64,000 nucleotides of DNA from positions 1 to 64,000 of the forward strand of contig JBIPSI010000030.1 in NCBI GenBank assembly GCA_044070495.1, read 5' to 3'. The position numbers were made by a program, and so were the translations under genes. The DNA is from Spirulina sp. (lineage in GTDB: Bacteria; Cyanobacteriota; Cyanobacteriia; Phormidesmidales; Phormidesmidaceae). Position 1 is the stretch's first letter, and every line of letters begins with the position of its first letter. The notes beneath the pieces were generated by a model. That model was not told where the DNA came from and ran no database searches. It worked only from the letters and a program-made list of their open reading frames with translations. Positions 30,102-40,431 of the stretch are shown here, piece by piece.

Positions 30102-31535
30102 CTACCCAGGGCTTGTCCTGGGGCCAGGGTAGGTCAGCTTGAGTCGGGGCAGCAAGACGGTGACGATGGTACCTTGGTTGGGCTGGCTGTCGATGGAAAT
30201 GTGGCCCCGGTGGGTGTCCACAATCACCTTGGCGATGGCTAGGCCCAACCCCGTGCCCTGGTCACCGCTACGCAGACGGGCGGGATCGGCGCGATAGAAG
30301 CGATCAAAGACATGGGACAGGGCATCAGCGTCTATACCGATGCCTGTGTCCTGCACAGTTATCTGAATCCAAGATTGCCCCTGCTGCTTCACAGATTTCG
30401 ATTGAACGGTCACGCGACCTCCGGCAGGGGTGTACTGCACGGCATTGCTGATTAAGTTAGTGAACAAGCGGGTGAGTTGGCTGGTGTCTCCTCCGACAAT
30501 GAGGTGAGTAGTTTGATTGAAGGCCTCGGAGGGGGCAGGCTCGGTTGGTCTGGTTCGAGGCTCCGGCCCGGTTAGCGAAGCGCTATCAACGGGGGTCGGC
30601 TCATAGATCAGATCAATGTTTTTTTCAGTGGCGATCACCTGCTGTTCTTCCACCACGTCCTCAAGCAGTCCCTCTAGGCCGATGGAGGACGGGGTAAAGG
30701 CGATCAACCCACTTTCCTGACGGGCTAAAAACAGCAGATCATCCACCAATCGCCCCAGGCGTCGGGTGAGGCGTTCAATCACCTGGAACTGTTTTTGTTG
30801 GGTGGTGATGTCGGGGTCGGGGTCAGACAGGGCCACCTGGGCGTTGGTTTGAATCACCGCAATGGGGTTGCGCAACTCGTGGGAGGCATCGGCGGTAAAT
30901 TGTTTGAGCTGTTGGTAAGAGTCGCGCACGGGGGCCATGGCAATGCCCGACAGCAACCAACCAATGGCCGCCACTGCCCCCACCATCAGGCTAGTGCCCA
31001 GGGCCAGGTCTAAAATCAGCCGACGGCTGGGTTTGGTCACCTCAAACCAGGGATGGCTCACCCGCAGATAGCCCAATACTTGGCCCTCGACCTCCACCCG
31101 CTCGGTAATTTGCCGCAGGACGGATTCTGAAGACGCCCGCACCGTTTCCCCGGCTGGGTTTACATGGAGCGGCACCGGCAGCGTATCCGACAGGGTAGAC
31201 CACAGCAGCAATCCGGCAGGGCTAAACCATTCCAGATCAATATGATCGTCTTCTACCGTATGGGCATTGTCGCGGAAACTGGCCTCCACATTCACCTGAA
31301 GGCTGGGCGCAGGCACTAGGCGGGCGGGCGAGGGCGGAATCTGGTTGGGGCTAGGTTCTATCACCAGCGACCGCTCCACAATTTCCACCACATGGTTAAG
31401 GGTGTCGTCCACCCGTTCCACCAGCGTCGTGCGTACATAGAGATAGAAACCACTGGCAAACAACAGCAGTAGCACCGCCGTTACCGCCGTATACCAAAGC
31501 GCCAACCGCTGGCGAGTCGCCTGAAACATCCGCAT
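30102..31535 (-). CDS. Membrane sensor histidine kinase
   Basis: Two TM segments; FTADASHELRNP H-box; NLISNA, DTGIG, GTGLGLAI. Confidence 0.95.
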   Translation of the reverse strand: MRMFQATRQRLALWYTAVTAVLLLLFASGFYLYVRTTLVERVDDTLNHVVEIVERSLVIEPSPNQIPPSPARLVPAPSLQVNVEASFRDNAHTVEDDHIDLEWFSPAGLLLWSTLSDTLPVPLHVNPAGETVRASSESVLRQITERVEVEGQVLGYLRVSHPWFEVTKPSRRLILDLALGTSLMVGAVAAIGWLLSGIAMAPVRDSYQQLKQFTADASHELRNPIAVIQTNAQVALSDPDPDITTQQKQFQVIERLTRRLGRLVDDLLFLARQESGLIAFTPSSIGLEGLLEDVVEEQQVIATEKNIDLIYEPTPVDSASLTGPEPRTRPTEPAPSEAFNQTTHLIVGGDTSQLTRLFTNLISNAVQYTPAGGRVTVQSKSVKQQGQSWIQITVQDTGIGIDADALSHVFDRFYRADPARLRSGDQGTGLGLAIAKVIVDTHRGHISIDSQPNQGTIVTVLLPRLKLTYPGPRTSPG

Positions 31536-31609
31536 CCCCCCTGGATGACTCTCTGGGGAAACCTAGCACAACTCCTCCATCCTTCTCCCTAGGTCAATGC
31601 CCTCTTCTA

Positions 31610-31673
31610 CACTTCCCCCAGCTTTTCCCCACCACCCCACTCCCCCACCACCCCACCACCCCACTCCCCACTC
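31610..31673 (+). repeat. C-rich short tandem (STRR-like) repeat
   Basis: CCCCACCA/CCCCACT units. Confidence 0.65.
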
Positions 31674-31771
31674 GCAAGAGATTTTTGGGGTTGGATTCCG
31701 CTTAGGGATAGAATAAATAGTCGGTCTTGCGGCCACTCTGTTGTTTTAGCGCTGTCTCGGAAGTCACCCCA

Positions 31772-33082
31772 ATGATTCGCGAAGTCTTCATGCCCGCCCT
31801 CAGTTCCACCATGACCGAAGGCAAAATTGTCTCCTGGGTTAAGGCTCCTGGTGACAAGGTGGAAAAGGGTGAAACCGTGGTGATCGTTGAGTCCGACAAG
31901 GCCGATATGGATGTGGAATCCTTCCATGAAGGCATCCTCGCCGCCATCGTCGTGGAAGCGGGCGGCACCGCCCCCGTGGGGGAAGCCATTGCCCTGCTCG
32001 CCGAAACCGAAGCTGAAGTGGAAGCCGCCAAGCAGCAAGCTGCCGCTAAGGCGGGTGCTATGGGTGGTGGGGCAGCGCCGACCCCAGCCCCTGCGGCCAC
32101 CGCCGTTGCTGAAGCCCCCGTTGCGGCTCCAGCCCAAAACGGATCCTCCGCCAGCCCTCGCAGTGGTCGAGTGGTGATTTCTCCTCGCGCCCGCAAACTC
32201 GCAAAGGAACTCAAGGTAGACCTGGCCACCCTGCAAGGCAGCGGCCCCCACGGTCGGATTGTGGCCCAGGATGTGGAACTAGCCGCTGGCAAGACTCCAA
32301 CGCCCGCTGGCCCTGCGGTTACCGCCCTCGTCACCACTCCGGCGGCTCCGGCTCTACCTGTGGTAGCCTCGGCTCCCGCCCCTAGCGCGGCTCCCGTTCC
32401 GGTGGCTTCTGGCCAGTTGGTGCCCTTCAGCACCCTGCAACAGTCGGTGGTGCGCAACATGAACGCCAGCCTCACGGTGCCCGTCTTCCACGTCAGCTAC
32501 ACCATCACCACCGATGCCCTCGATGCCCTCTACAAGCAAATCAAGTCTAAGGGCGTCACCATGACCGGGCTGTTGGCCAAGGCCGTCGCCGTCGCGCTGA
32601 AGAAGCACCCCATCCTCAACGCCTACTACACCGACCAAGGCTTGCAGCACCGCGCCAACATCAACGTGGCTGTGGCCGTGGCCATGGAGGGCGGTGGCCT
32701 GATTACCCCCGTGCTGCAAAATGCCGATCAGCAGGACATCTACTCCCTCTCCCGCACCTGGCGCGACTTGGTAGAGCGCTCCCGCGTCAAGCAGCTCAAG
32801 CCCGAGGAATACACCTCCGGCACCTTCACCCTCTCCAATCTGGGCATGTTTGGTGTCGATAGCTTCGATGCCATTCTGCCCCCCGGCCAAGGCTCCATCC
32901 TCGCCATTGGGGCCGCTAAGCCCACCGTGGTTGCCACCGCCGATGGCCTGATGGGCGTGAAGCGCCAAATGCGCGTCAACATCACCTGCGACCACCGGAT
33001 TATCTACGGAGCCGATGCCGCTGGCTTCCTCAAGGATCTGGCCGACGTGATTGAAAACAATCCTCAATCCCTCACCCTATAG
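31772..33082 (+). CDS. pdhC: Pyruvate dehydrogenase E2, dihydrolipoamide acetyltransferase
   Basis: MPALSSTMTEGKI, lipoyl ESDKAD, SPRARKLA, DHRIIYGA. Confidence 0.97.
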   Translation: MIREVFMPALSSTMTEGKIVSWVKAPGDKVEKGETVVIVESDKADMDVESFHEGILAAIVVEAGGTAPVGEAIALLAETEAEVEAAKQQAAAKAGAMGGGAAPTPAPAATAVAEAPVAAPAQNGSSASPRSGRVVISPRARKLAKELKVDLATLQGSGPHGRIVAQDVELAAGKTPTPAGPAVTALVTTPAAPALPVVASAPAPSAAPVPVASGQLVPFSTLQQSVVRNMNASLTVPVFHVSYTITTDALDALYKQIKSKGVTMTGLLAKAVAVALKKHPILNAYYTDQGLQHRANINVAVAVAMEGGGLITPVLQNADQQDIYSLSRTWRDLVERSRVKQLKPEEYTSGTFTLSNLGMFGVDSFDAILPPGQGSILAIGAAKPTVVATADGLMGVKRQMRVNITCDHRIIYGADAAGFLKDLADVIENNPQSLTL

Positions 33083-33105
33083 ATCTGCGGCCTCAACCCA
33101 GTAAA

Positions 33106-33134
33106 ATCCCAGGGTTCTTTGAGAACCCTGGGAT
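33106..33134. repeat. 29-bp hairpin (likely terminator), left boundary of insert
   Basis: ATCCCAGGGTTCT-TTG-AGAACCCTGGGAT flanked by A and T tracts. Confidence 0.85.
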
Positions 33135-33154
33135 TTTTGATGCAAACCGCTGCA

Positions 33155-33322
33155 CTAACAAGCCCATTCGTCATCGTCCCAGGCGGTGGTGCTGGTGTCA
33201 TCAAGGAGAGTGTCATCCTGGCAGGTGGCCATGGTGGCAAAGGCGTCGTCCCAGCCAGCCCGTTTCGGAAATTCTAGGTAGGCCGGAATGAGATGGCTGA
33301 TGATCTCAATTAGGCAATCCAT
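33155..33322 (-). pseudogene. C-terminal remnant of an AbrB/MazE-type antitoxin
   Basis: RAGWDDAFATMA...DDTLLD...TAWDDDEW tail; no DNA-binding N-terminus and no toxin gene. Confidence 0.55.
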
Positions 33323-33897
33323 CAATTTAGATTGGCCCATGAAGCGACCTGTTCAGCGAGTTCGATAGTTTGGCGTAATTCTTGAGTATCTGCATAGGCT
33401 GCGTCAGCCGTCTGTTCTAGGCTTTCAGCTATTGTATGGGCATCTTGGCCAAGCTGTTTAGCGGTCTCTAGGGTGGAGTCTAGTTGTTGCGTCAGGGCGG
33501 CAATTTCTGCAAATAGCGCTTGATGTTCCTTGGGTGGGTTGGCCAGCCATGCTTGAAAATCGTTTGGAGCCGTTTTGAGAAAATGACGGGCCGTTTCCCA
33601 AGCGGTTTTGAAGCGAAAGTTCAGGGATTGCAAAGATTCATACTTCGCTTTAAGTTGTCGAACGGTCGAAACCTGGGCGAGGGCATACACCTCAGCTTTG
33701 AGATCGGTGATGCTTTGACCAGAGACAGGCTTGGCTACGGGATTGGTTGTCAGGAAGGCTACGACCTGCTGCCATGATGAAGTGTGGCGCAAATTCCATG
33801 CACGGATTTCTGGATATTTGGCCTTAAGCTGAGGCGTGGTTTCCACCTTCGCCAAGGCATAGGCTTGTGCTCTAAGCTGTTGGAGTCCCATGGCCAT
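33322..33897 (-). CDS. Hypothetical protein with duplicated ~40-aa motif and helical C-terminus
   Basis: QLRAQAYALAKVETTPQLKAKY..W and DLKAEVYALAQVSTVRQLKAKY..W. Confidence 0.75.
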   Translation of the reverse strand: MAMGLQQLRAQAYALAKVETTPQLKAKYPEIRAWNLRHTSSWQQVVAFLTTNPVAKPVSGQSITDLKAEVYALAQVSTVRQLKAKYESLQSLNFRFKTAWETARHFLKTAPNDFQAWLANPPKEHQALFAEIAALTQQLDSTLETAKQLGQDAHTIAESLEQTADAAYADTQELRQTIELAEQVASWANLN

Positions 33898-34627
33898 TCC
33901 GGCGAATTTCGACAATACCTAACTTAGCCCGCTGGCGAAATTGTTGGAGTTGAGTTTTGAGGGATTCATTCTCGTGGCGCAGTTTTTGGTTTTCTTCGGT
34001 GACTTGGGCCAACTGCTGACGAAGTTCCTGCACGGCACTACGAGCCTCATCGCGTTCTCGCTGAAAGCGCTTTGTATGGGCAACCTGGCCACCTAGACGC
34101 TGGTTATTTTTGCCCAGTTCCTGCCTGCGTTGAGTTTCCTTTGCAAATTGTTTTTTAAGCTTTTCTAGTTCCTGGAGGAGTTCAGCATAGGCTTGATCTT
34201 GGGCTGTCTGGTTTTTTAACGCCTCGTTTTCTGCTTCGAGGATCGCAATTCGATTTTGGAGCGTCTGAATATCTTGCTCTTTACCAAAAATAATTTCCTG
34301 AAGGGCTCGAATCAGCTTTTTAAGCTGGGTCTGACCTTTCTCCAGGTCTAATGTTGTGGCCTGTAGGGTTTCTACTCGATCTTTAAGAATTCCAGCCCGT
34401 CGCTGCAAGACTTGAGCGGTGCACTGGTACTTGATGACCGCCACTACCCGACTCCGCTCTGGCTCCGTGAGGGCTAATACGTCAGACCGAAATCTGAGGT
34501 CGTCGTAGTTCGTGCAGTCATGACGCAACGCCTGGGTTTCAACATGATCGGGAGCCGCAATCATACTCATGTTTTTGAGGCGTACCTGGTTATGCCAGTA
34601 GTCAAAAAGTTCCTTGGAGTCATTCAT
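33872..34627 (-). CDS. Hypothetical protein: small N-terminal domain (LRHDCTNYDDL) + long coiled coil
   Basis: ATG at 34627; heptad-rich E/Q/K/L region of roughly 150 aa. Confidence 0.75.
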   Translation of the reverse strand: MNDSKELFDYWHNQVRLKNMSMIAAPDHVETQALRHDCTNYDDLRFRSDVLALTEPERSRVVAVIKYQCTAQVLQRRAGILKDRVETLQATTLDLEKGQTQLKKLIRALQEIIFGKEQDIQTLQNRIAILEAENEALKNQTAQDQAYAELLQELEKLKKQFAKETQRRQELGKNNQRLGGQVAHTKRFQRERDEARSAVQELRQQLAQVTEENQKLRHENESLKTQLQQFRQRAKLGIVEIRRNGHGTPTA

Positions 34628-34781
34628 GGCGTCAAGAACTAGGGCGTCAAGGGCTCGGCATCGGTAGGTCTGTTTTACCAGCTTACCCGTAGTAGCGGTC
34701 TGGCAAACCATCGCCACTCAGCGGTTTGCAAAATGCTCATATCCACACGCCACACAGGAAACTAAAGATCCCTAAACACAG

Positions 34782-34810
34782 ATCCCAGGGTTCTTGGAGA
34801 ACCCTGGGAT
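34782..34810. repeat. 29-bp hairpin, right boundary of insert
   Basis: ATCCCAGGGTTCT-TGG-AGAACCCTGGGAT, 28/29 identical to 33106-33134. Confidence 0.85.
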
Positions 34811-34860
34811 CTGGTCTATCTGGGCGATTAGAACCCAGAAATCGCGGTTATCGGATTACC

Positions 34861-37092
34861 CTATACGGCGATGGTGCCGCCGTCGTTGCGGGTGATGATC
34901 ACCGTGGCCGAACGGGGGCGAGCATTGCCGCCATCGGGCCAGTGGCTGGTGAACTGGGTGGGGTCGTAGGCGGAGGTGCTATTTTCGCCGGGATGCTGGA
35001 TGTTGACGAAAATCGCCTTGCCATCGGGGCTTTCGGTAATTCCGGTGATTTCGCAGTCCTTTGGCCCCACCAGGAATCGGCGCAGCACCGTGGGACTGGC
35101 CTCTTGGCCCACATAGGTTTGCACCGATTGGTCGGCGTTGTTGTTGATGGGCACGGATTTGTTCAGCACCGTTTTGGGGCCACCATCGCCCACCCGACCG
35201 GGCAGCGCCGCCAGCATCATGCAGTTGGTGGTGTTGGTCATGTAGCCGTCGTCGGTTTGAATCCACAGCAGACCGGGTACGGCTTCGCTAAACCACAGGC
35301 CATCGGGGCTGGAGAAGGCGTTTTCTTCGGTGAGGCCAGAGAGGTTGACGTTGGCATCCGCCATGGAGCGAGCCCCGAACAGGTAGACATCCCAGGTGAA
35401 GGTAGCGGCGGTATGGTTGTCGCCTGCTTCCCGCCAGCGGATGATGTGGCCGTTGACGTTGCCGGAGTTAACCTTGCCATCGCGGTCGTCGGCGAAATAG
35501 CGGGGGTTGGCGGCATCGAGTTCAGTGCGAACACCGCGCCCGCTGCTGCTGGAAACGTTGTTGGTGAGGGTGAAGTAGACTTCCCCGGTGACGGGGCTAA
35601 CGCCACCCCACTCAGGCCGATCCATCTTGGTGGCCCCAGCGGCATCGGCGGCGATGCGGGCGTTAATCAGCACATCGGCTTCGTCGGCAAAATCGTAGTC
35701 GGCATAGTTGGCGATGGCCGGGTTGCTGAGGGTGAGGGGCAGCCACTCGCCGCTGCCGTCGTCGTTGAATTTGGCGGCATAGAGGGTACCTTCGTTCAGG
35801 TACTTATCCCCTGCGGCCATGCCCCGGTTGGCATCGCGAGGATCCCACTTGGCGGCGGAGACAAACTTAAAGATGTACTCGTTACGGGCATCGTCACCGG
35901 AATAGAAGACCAGGGATTGACCTTCCACCGCCGGAGCGGGCCAGCAGCCTTCGTGGGCAAAGCGACCAATAGCCGTGCGCTTCTGGGGCATGGCATTGGG
36001 GTTGAAGGGGTCGATTTCCACCACCCAACCAAAGGTGTTGGCCACATTGCGGAAGTCCTGCTGGGGGCGGGCTCCCGTCTTGCTGGTATCCCAACGGCGA
36101 TACATATCGGTGCGGTCGTTGGCTCCAGCCCGTGACCAGTTGTAGCGGCCAGAGGTGGCGCTGCCAATGCCGTAGCGCTTGAAGGAGGCCACTTCATTGG
36201 CGGTGCGGGCGCTGTCCTCTTCGCGGCGGTGGAAGTATCCGGCCCAGTTTTCTTCGCAGGTGAGGTAGGTGCCCCAGGGGGTGTAGCCGTTGGCGCAGTT
36301 GTTCAGGGTACCGCGAGTTTGTTCGCCGCTGGGGGAGAAGGCGGTGGCCAGCATGGGGCTGCGGCGGGCGGGGCCAGTGATTTGGCAGCGGGTGGCGGCA
36401 GTGATCCGGTTGTTAAAGCGGGAATTGCGGTTGATTTCGTAGGTGTTGCCCTGCTTCACCACTTCCACAATCGTGACCCCGTGGGCCGCTACTTCCTTGT
36501 CAATTTCCACCGTGGGGCGGGCGTTGGTGTTGTCGGGGCCGTAGTCGGTGGGGCCATTGGGATGCACAAAGCCCACGTCTTCGCAGACTTCGTGGTTGAT
36601 GGCCAGCAGCGCCCGGTCGGCGCCGTTGGGATCCCAGCCGTTGCCTGCCCGATTTAGGCCAAAGTAGTGCATGGCGTCGTGGTGGTCGCCCGCCCGCACG
36701 TCAAAATCATTGTCTGTACCGTCGTTTTTGTAGGGGGTAACGTTCGCCTTGAGGGGGTCGCCCGTGGCCAGCAGCACCCGCGCCGTGTATCCAGGGGGCA
36801 CGATCAGGGTATCGGCCACGCTCTTAGCGACGGGAGAAAAACTCAGGTTCCGCGTAGAGGCCAGCGCCGCCCGCTGTCCGCCTTTTTTCAGGCCATCGGC
36901 CCCCAGGGCCAAACCCATGCCCAGCACCGAAGCCGCCGCCAAGGAAGAACCGCCCTTCAAAAAGCCCCGACGGCTGACCCTAGCCCGCTCTAGGACTTGA
37001 TCGAAGGAATCGTTATTAGAGGTGTTGTAGACCGCGTCTTCAGAGTGGATCGCGTTCTTCAGATTGGAAAAGAAAGAATTATGTTTCGCCAT
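34861..37092 (-). CDS. phoX: PhoX-family (DUF839) alkaline phosphatase, Tat-exported
   Basis: SRRGFLK Tat motif; NCANGYTPWGTYLTCEEN, GRFAHE, MDRPEW, FVNIQHPGE. Confidence 0.95.
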   Translation of the reverse strand: MAKHNSFFSNLKNAIHSEDAVYNTSNNDSFDQVLERARVSRRGFLKGGSSLAAASVLGMGLALGADGLKKGGQRAALASTRNLSFSPVAKSVADTLIVPPGYTARVLLATGDPLKANVTPYKNDGTDNDFDVRAGDHHDAMHYFGLNRAGNGWDPNGADRALLAINHEVCEDVGFVHPNGPTDYGPDNTNARPTVEIDKEVAAHGVTIVEVVKQGNTYEINRNSRFNNRITAATRCQITGPARRSPMLATAFSPSGEQTRGTLNNCANGYTPWGTYLTCEENWAGYFHRREEDSARTANEVASFKRYGIGSATSGRYNWSRAGANDRTDMYRRWDTSKTGARPQQDFRNVANTFGWVVEIDPFNPNAMPQKRTAIGRFAHEGCWPAPAVEGQSLVFYSGDDARNEYIFKFVSAAKWDPRDANRGMAAGDKYLNEGTLYAAKFNDDGSGEWLPLTLSNPAIANYADYDFADEADVLINARIAADAAGATKMDRPEWGGVSPVTGEVYFTLTNNVSSSSGRGVRTELDAANPRYFADDRDGKVNSGNVNGHIIRWREAGDNHTAATFTWDVYLFGARSMADANVNLSGLTEENAFSSPDGLWFSEAVPGLLWIQTDDGYMTNTTNCMMLAALPGRVGDGGPKTVLNKSVPINNNADQSVQTYVGQEASPTVLRRFLVGPKDCEITGITESPDGKAIFVNIQHPGENSTSAYDPTQFTSHWPDGGNARPRSATVIITRNDGGTIAV

Positions 37093-37144
37093 GGCTAAGC
37101 CCGATGGAAACCCGCGTAGTGTGACGCAGGTATCCTACAGATCC

Positions 37145-37197
37145 CAGGTAAGGATGCCCTTAACGATTGTTTAGCCCATTCTTAAGAAACGGTGAAG
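37145..37197 (-). promoter_or_regulatory. Putative SphR/PhoB Pho box upstream of phoX
   Basis: Minus-strand units at 11-bp period (CTTCACC, CTTAAGA, GCTAAAC, GTTAAGG, CCTTACC) followed by a TAGGAT -10-like hexamer. Confidence 0.5.
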
Positions 37198-37250
37198 GCG
37201 ACCGCTAGGGTGTTGAGGGGAGCAAAGCCGTTGAATCGCGAGATGAGATG

Positions 37251-37292
37251 GTATTGCTTAATACAAAAGTGCCCTGATTTTGCCCCTACTAT
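37251..37292 (+). promoter_or_regulatory. NtcA-activated promoter of glnN
   Basis: GTATTGCTTAATAC (GTA-N8-TAC, 37251-37264), 22-nt spacer, then TACTAT (37287-37292). Confidence 0.88.
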
Positions 37293-37518
37293 CCCAAAAT
37301 GCGAATGTTTAGGATGGCCTGTCATATGCCATTGGTCTTAAACGTTTTGCGAGGCTCTAGATCTATTCATTAGATCTACTCATTAGATCTAGGCATTTGT
37401 CATTGGTCTTAAACGTTTTGCAAGGCCATGGCCTCTATGGCACCAGGATCCACAGTACCAGGAAGCATCAGCTAGACCCCGCTTAGGCATTAAACATCGA
37501 TCTGTCAGGAGATTTAGG

Positions 37519-39690
37519 ATGAGTGGAAACGAATTGCGCGCCCAGGCCATTGCCAGTATTGCCAACCGTCCCAAGGTACCCGTCGGGCCACCGGGGCGGC
37601 TAGAAGACCTGTGGGCCAAGGATGTTTTTAGCCTCAGCAAAATGCAGGAATGCCTGCCCAAGTCGGTGTTCAAGTCGCTGCAAAAGACCATTACCACGGG
37701 CGCACCCCTGGATATGTCGGTGGCCGATGTGGTGGCCGTGGCGATGAAGGACTGGGCCATTTCTAAGGGGGCACTCTACTACTCCCACATGTTCTATCCC
37801 CTCACCAACGCCACCGCCGAAAAGCACGATGGCTTTATCTCGGTGCAGAGTGATGGATCGGTGATTTCAGAATTTTCCGGCAAGGTGCTGGTGCAGGGCG
37901 AACCGGATGGATCCAGTTTCCCCAACGGCGGCATTCGCTCCACCTTTGAGGCCCGTGGCTACACCGCCTGGGATGTGACCAGCCCCGCCTTTGTGATGGA
38001 AACCGAGAACGGGGTCACCCTCTGCATTCCCACCGTCTTTGTCTCCTGGACGGGGGAAGCCCTGGATAAAAAGACTCCGCTGCTGCGCTCCAACGCCGCC
38101 ATGAGCAAAGCCGCCACCCGCGTCCTTAAGCTGCTGGGCCACAGTGAGGTAGCTCCGGTGAACTCAAGCTGCGGGGCCGAGCAGGAATATTTCTTGGTGG
38201 ATGCCAGCTTCGCCAGTGTGCGCCCCGACCTAATGCTGGCGGGCCGTACCCTGTTTGGCAAGGCTCCGGCCAAGGGCCAACAGTTCGATGACCACTACTT
38301 CGGGGCCATTCCCGAACGGGTGCAGGTGTTCATGCAGGATGTGGAGGAAAAGCTCTACCGTCTGGGCATTCCGGCCAAAACCCGCCACAACGAAGTGGCT
38401 CCCGGCCAGTTTGAGATTGCCCCCTTCTTTGAAGCGGCCAACGTGGCCAGCGACCACCAGCAGTTGATTATGACCGTGCTGCGTAACACCGCCAAAAAGC
38501 ACGGCTTTGTCTGCCTGCTCCACGAGAAGCCCTTTGCGGGCATTAACGGCTCCGGTAAGCACGTCAACTGGTCGGTGGGCAACGCCACCCAGGGCAACCT
38601 GCTCGATCCCGGCGATACCCCCCACGCCAACGCCCAGTTCCTCGTGTTCTGCGGGGCGGTGATTCGCGGCGTCCACAAGTACGGCCCCCTGCTGCGGGCG
38701 GTGATTGCCAGCGCCAGCAATGATCACCGCCTGGGGGCGAACGAAGCTCCTCCGGCGATCATCTCCATCTACCTGGGCAGCCAGCTCCAGGATGTGTTCG
38801 ACCAAATCGCGTCGGGCACGGTCACGGGTTCCCAGTCGAAGGGCGAAATGGATTTGGGCGTGGATACCCTGCCCAAGTTCACCAAGGATGCCGGAGACCG
38901 CAACCGCACCTCCCCCTTCGCCTTTACGGGCAACCGCTTTGAATTCCGGGCCGTGGGTTCCGGTCAGTCGGTATCGGGGCCGCTGGTGGCGATGAACACC
39001 ATCCTGGCCGATTCCCTCGACTGGGTGGCCGATCAGCTAGAGGCCAAGCTGGGGGCTGGGGTGGAACTCAATGTCGCCATCCACGACATTCTGCGCGACA
39101 TCATTCGCGACCATGGGGCCGTGGTGTTTAACGGCAACGGCTACTCCACCGAGTGGCACGAAATGGCCGTCAACGAGCGGGGGCTGCTCAACCTGCGCAC
39201 CACCGCCGATGCCCTCCCCGTCCTGCGCGAACAGTACATCGAAGACCTGTTCAGCAAGGAAAAAGTGCTCACCCCGGTGGAACTGGGCAGCCGCTTTGAA
39301 GCCTACTCCGAGCAGTACATTCAGCACATTGAGGTTGAAGCCAAATTGGTAATCAGCATGGCCAAAACCATCATCTATCCCGCTGCCATCCGCTACATGG
39401 GCGAACTGGCCAAGACCATCGACAGCCTCGATGAAATTGGCATTGAGTTTGGCAAGGACAGCGTGGTGACCGTGGCCGACCTCACCAAAGGCCTAATGGC
39501 AACGGTGGCCGAACTCAGCGACATGATGACCAAGCACTTCATGTCCGTGGAAGAGCACATGCAGTTCTGTGCCCAAACCCTTCGCCCCCTGATGGACAAG
39601 GTGCGTGAGTACGCCGATGCCCTAGAGGGTGAAGTGGCCGATGACCTCTGGCCCCTGCCCACCTACCAGGAGATGCTGTTTATTAAATAG
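37519..39690 (+). CDS. glnN: Glutamine synthetase type III
   Basis: [58 protein letters not shown]. Confidence 0.97.
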   Translation: MSGNELRAQAIASIANRPKVPVGPPGRLEDLWAKDVFSLSKMQECLPKSVFKSLQKTITTGAPLDMSVADVVAVAMKDWAISKGALYYSHMFYPLTNATAEKHDGFISVQSDGSVISEFSGKVLVQGEPDGSSFPNGGIRSTFEARGYTAWDVTSPAFVMETENGVTLCIPTVFVSWTGEALDKKTPLLRSNAAMSKAATRVLKLLGHSEVAPVNSSCGAEQEYFLVDASFASVRPDLMLAGRTLFGKAPAKGQQFDDHYFGAIPERVQVFMQDVEEKLYRLGIPAKTRHNEVAPGQFEIAPFFEAANVASDHQQLIMTVLRNTAKKHGFVCLLHEKPFAGINGSGKHVNWSVGNATQGNLLDPGDTPHANAQFLVFCGAVIRGVHKYGPLLRAVIASASNDHRLGANEAPPAIISIYLGSQLQDVFDQIASGTVTGSQSKGEMDLGVDTLPKFTKDAGDRNRTSPFAFTGNRFEFRAVGSGQSVSGPLVAMNTILADSLDWVADQLEAKLGAGVELNVAIHDILRDIIRDHGAVVFNGNGYSTEWHEMAVNERGLLNLRTTADALPVLREQYIEDLFSKEKVLTPVELGSRFEAYSEQYIQHIEVEAKLVISMAKTIIYPAAIRYMGELAKTIDSLDEIGIEFGKDSVVTVADLTKGLMATVAELSDMMTKHFMSVEEHMQFCAQTLRPLMDKVREYADALEGEVADDLWPLPTYQEMLFIK

Positions 39691-39730
39691 TTTTCTCTGA
39701 ACGCCAAGTTGTCGTTTAGCAGATCCCGTC

Positions 39731-39770
39731 AAAAGCAGACCCCAGGTAACTCCATGGGGTCTGCTTTTTT
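39731..39770 (+). terminator. Intrinsic terminator after glnN
   Basis: AAAAGCAGACCCCA...TGGGGTCTGCTTTTTT. Confidence 0.8.
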
Positions 39771-39815
39771 GTCTACAGTTGCCACCCGAAGTTGAAGGGA
39801 CTCCGGCCACGACCA

Positions 39816-39930
39816 CCAGGGAGTAAACTCCCTGGCTCACCGCAGAAGTCTGCTAAAGCAGACTGGGGAACTCGGCTCCCAATCCTCTTCAGAGGATTTC
39901 TGCCTTGAGCCTGGGACTTCTAGTCCTTGG
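39816..39930. repeat. Nested inverted-repeat element (four internal palindromes)
   Basis: CCAGGGAGTAAACTCCCTGGCTCA / AGTCTGCTAAAGCAGACT / ATCCTCTTCAGAGGAT / TGAGCCTGGGACTTCTAGTCCTTGG. Confidence 0.7.
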
Positions 39931-40431
39931 CTTAAGGCCAATCCTAGGGATCGACCCCAAAACCGGCCTCACCTTGGCATGGCTATGCCTACGCTAACCC
40001 GTCCTACGTGGGCTTACCCTTAATCTGTCCCACCGACTTAACCGGCGATGCCGAGGAACGATCCTGGCCAACCAGGGTACATGGATCCCTGAGGCCTAGG
40101 ATTTCCATGGGATGGACGTCGGCCCATTATTCTCTCAGGGCATTTTATTTAACGTTTTGATACAAAAATGAGAGCACTGCCCTAAAAAGACTGTAAATTT
40201 TGGTTACGAACGCAGGTTAAGTTTATTTCAAATTGTGTCACCTGTCGGCCTTAAACCTAGATGGGGCAAGGTTTTCTGATACAAAGAGAAGTGGGATCTC
40301 GGCTTGGGTTCCGTTACGAAATGTTTCTTTGATACCGTATTAAACGATTCGTGAGGGCTGGGTTACTAAGTTTCTTGGCGATCCGGCCTTCCCATTGCCC
40401 TCGGCCTTAGCAGCGAAAGGAGTTTTACTGC

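Noticed and set aside
37330..37421. Mini-CRISPR (two 21-bp repeats, 50-bp spacer)
   Set aside because: Only two short repeats, the spacer is itself a tandem repeat, and there are no cas genes.
40193..40207. NtcA site upstream of chlH
   Set aside because: GTA-N9-TAC; wrong spacing.
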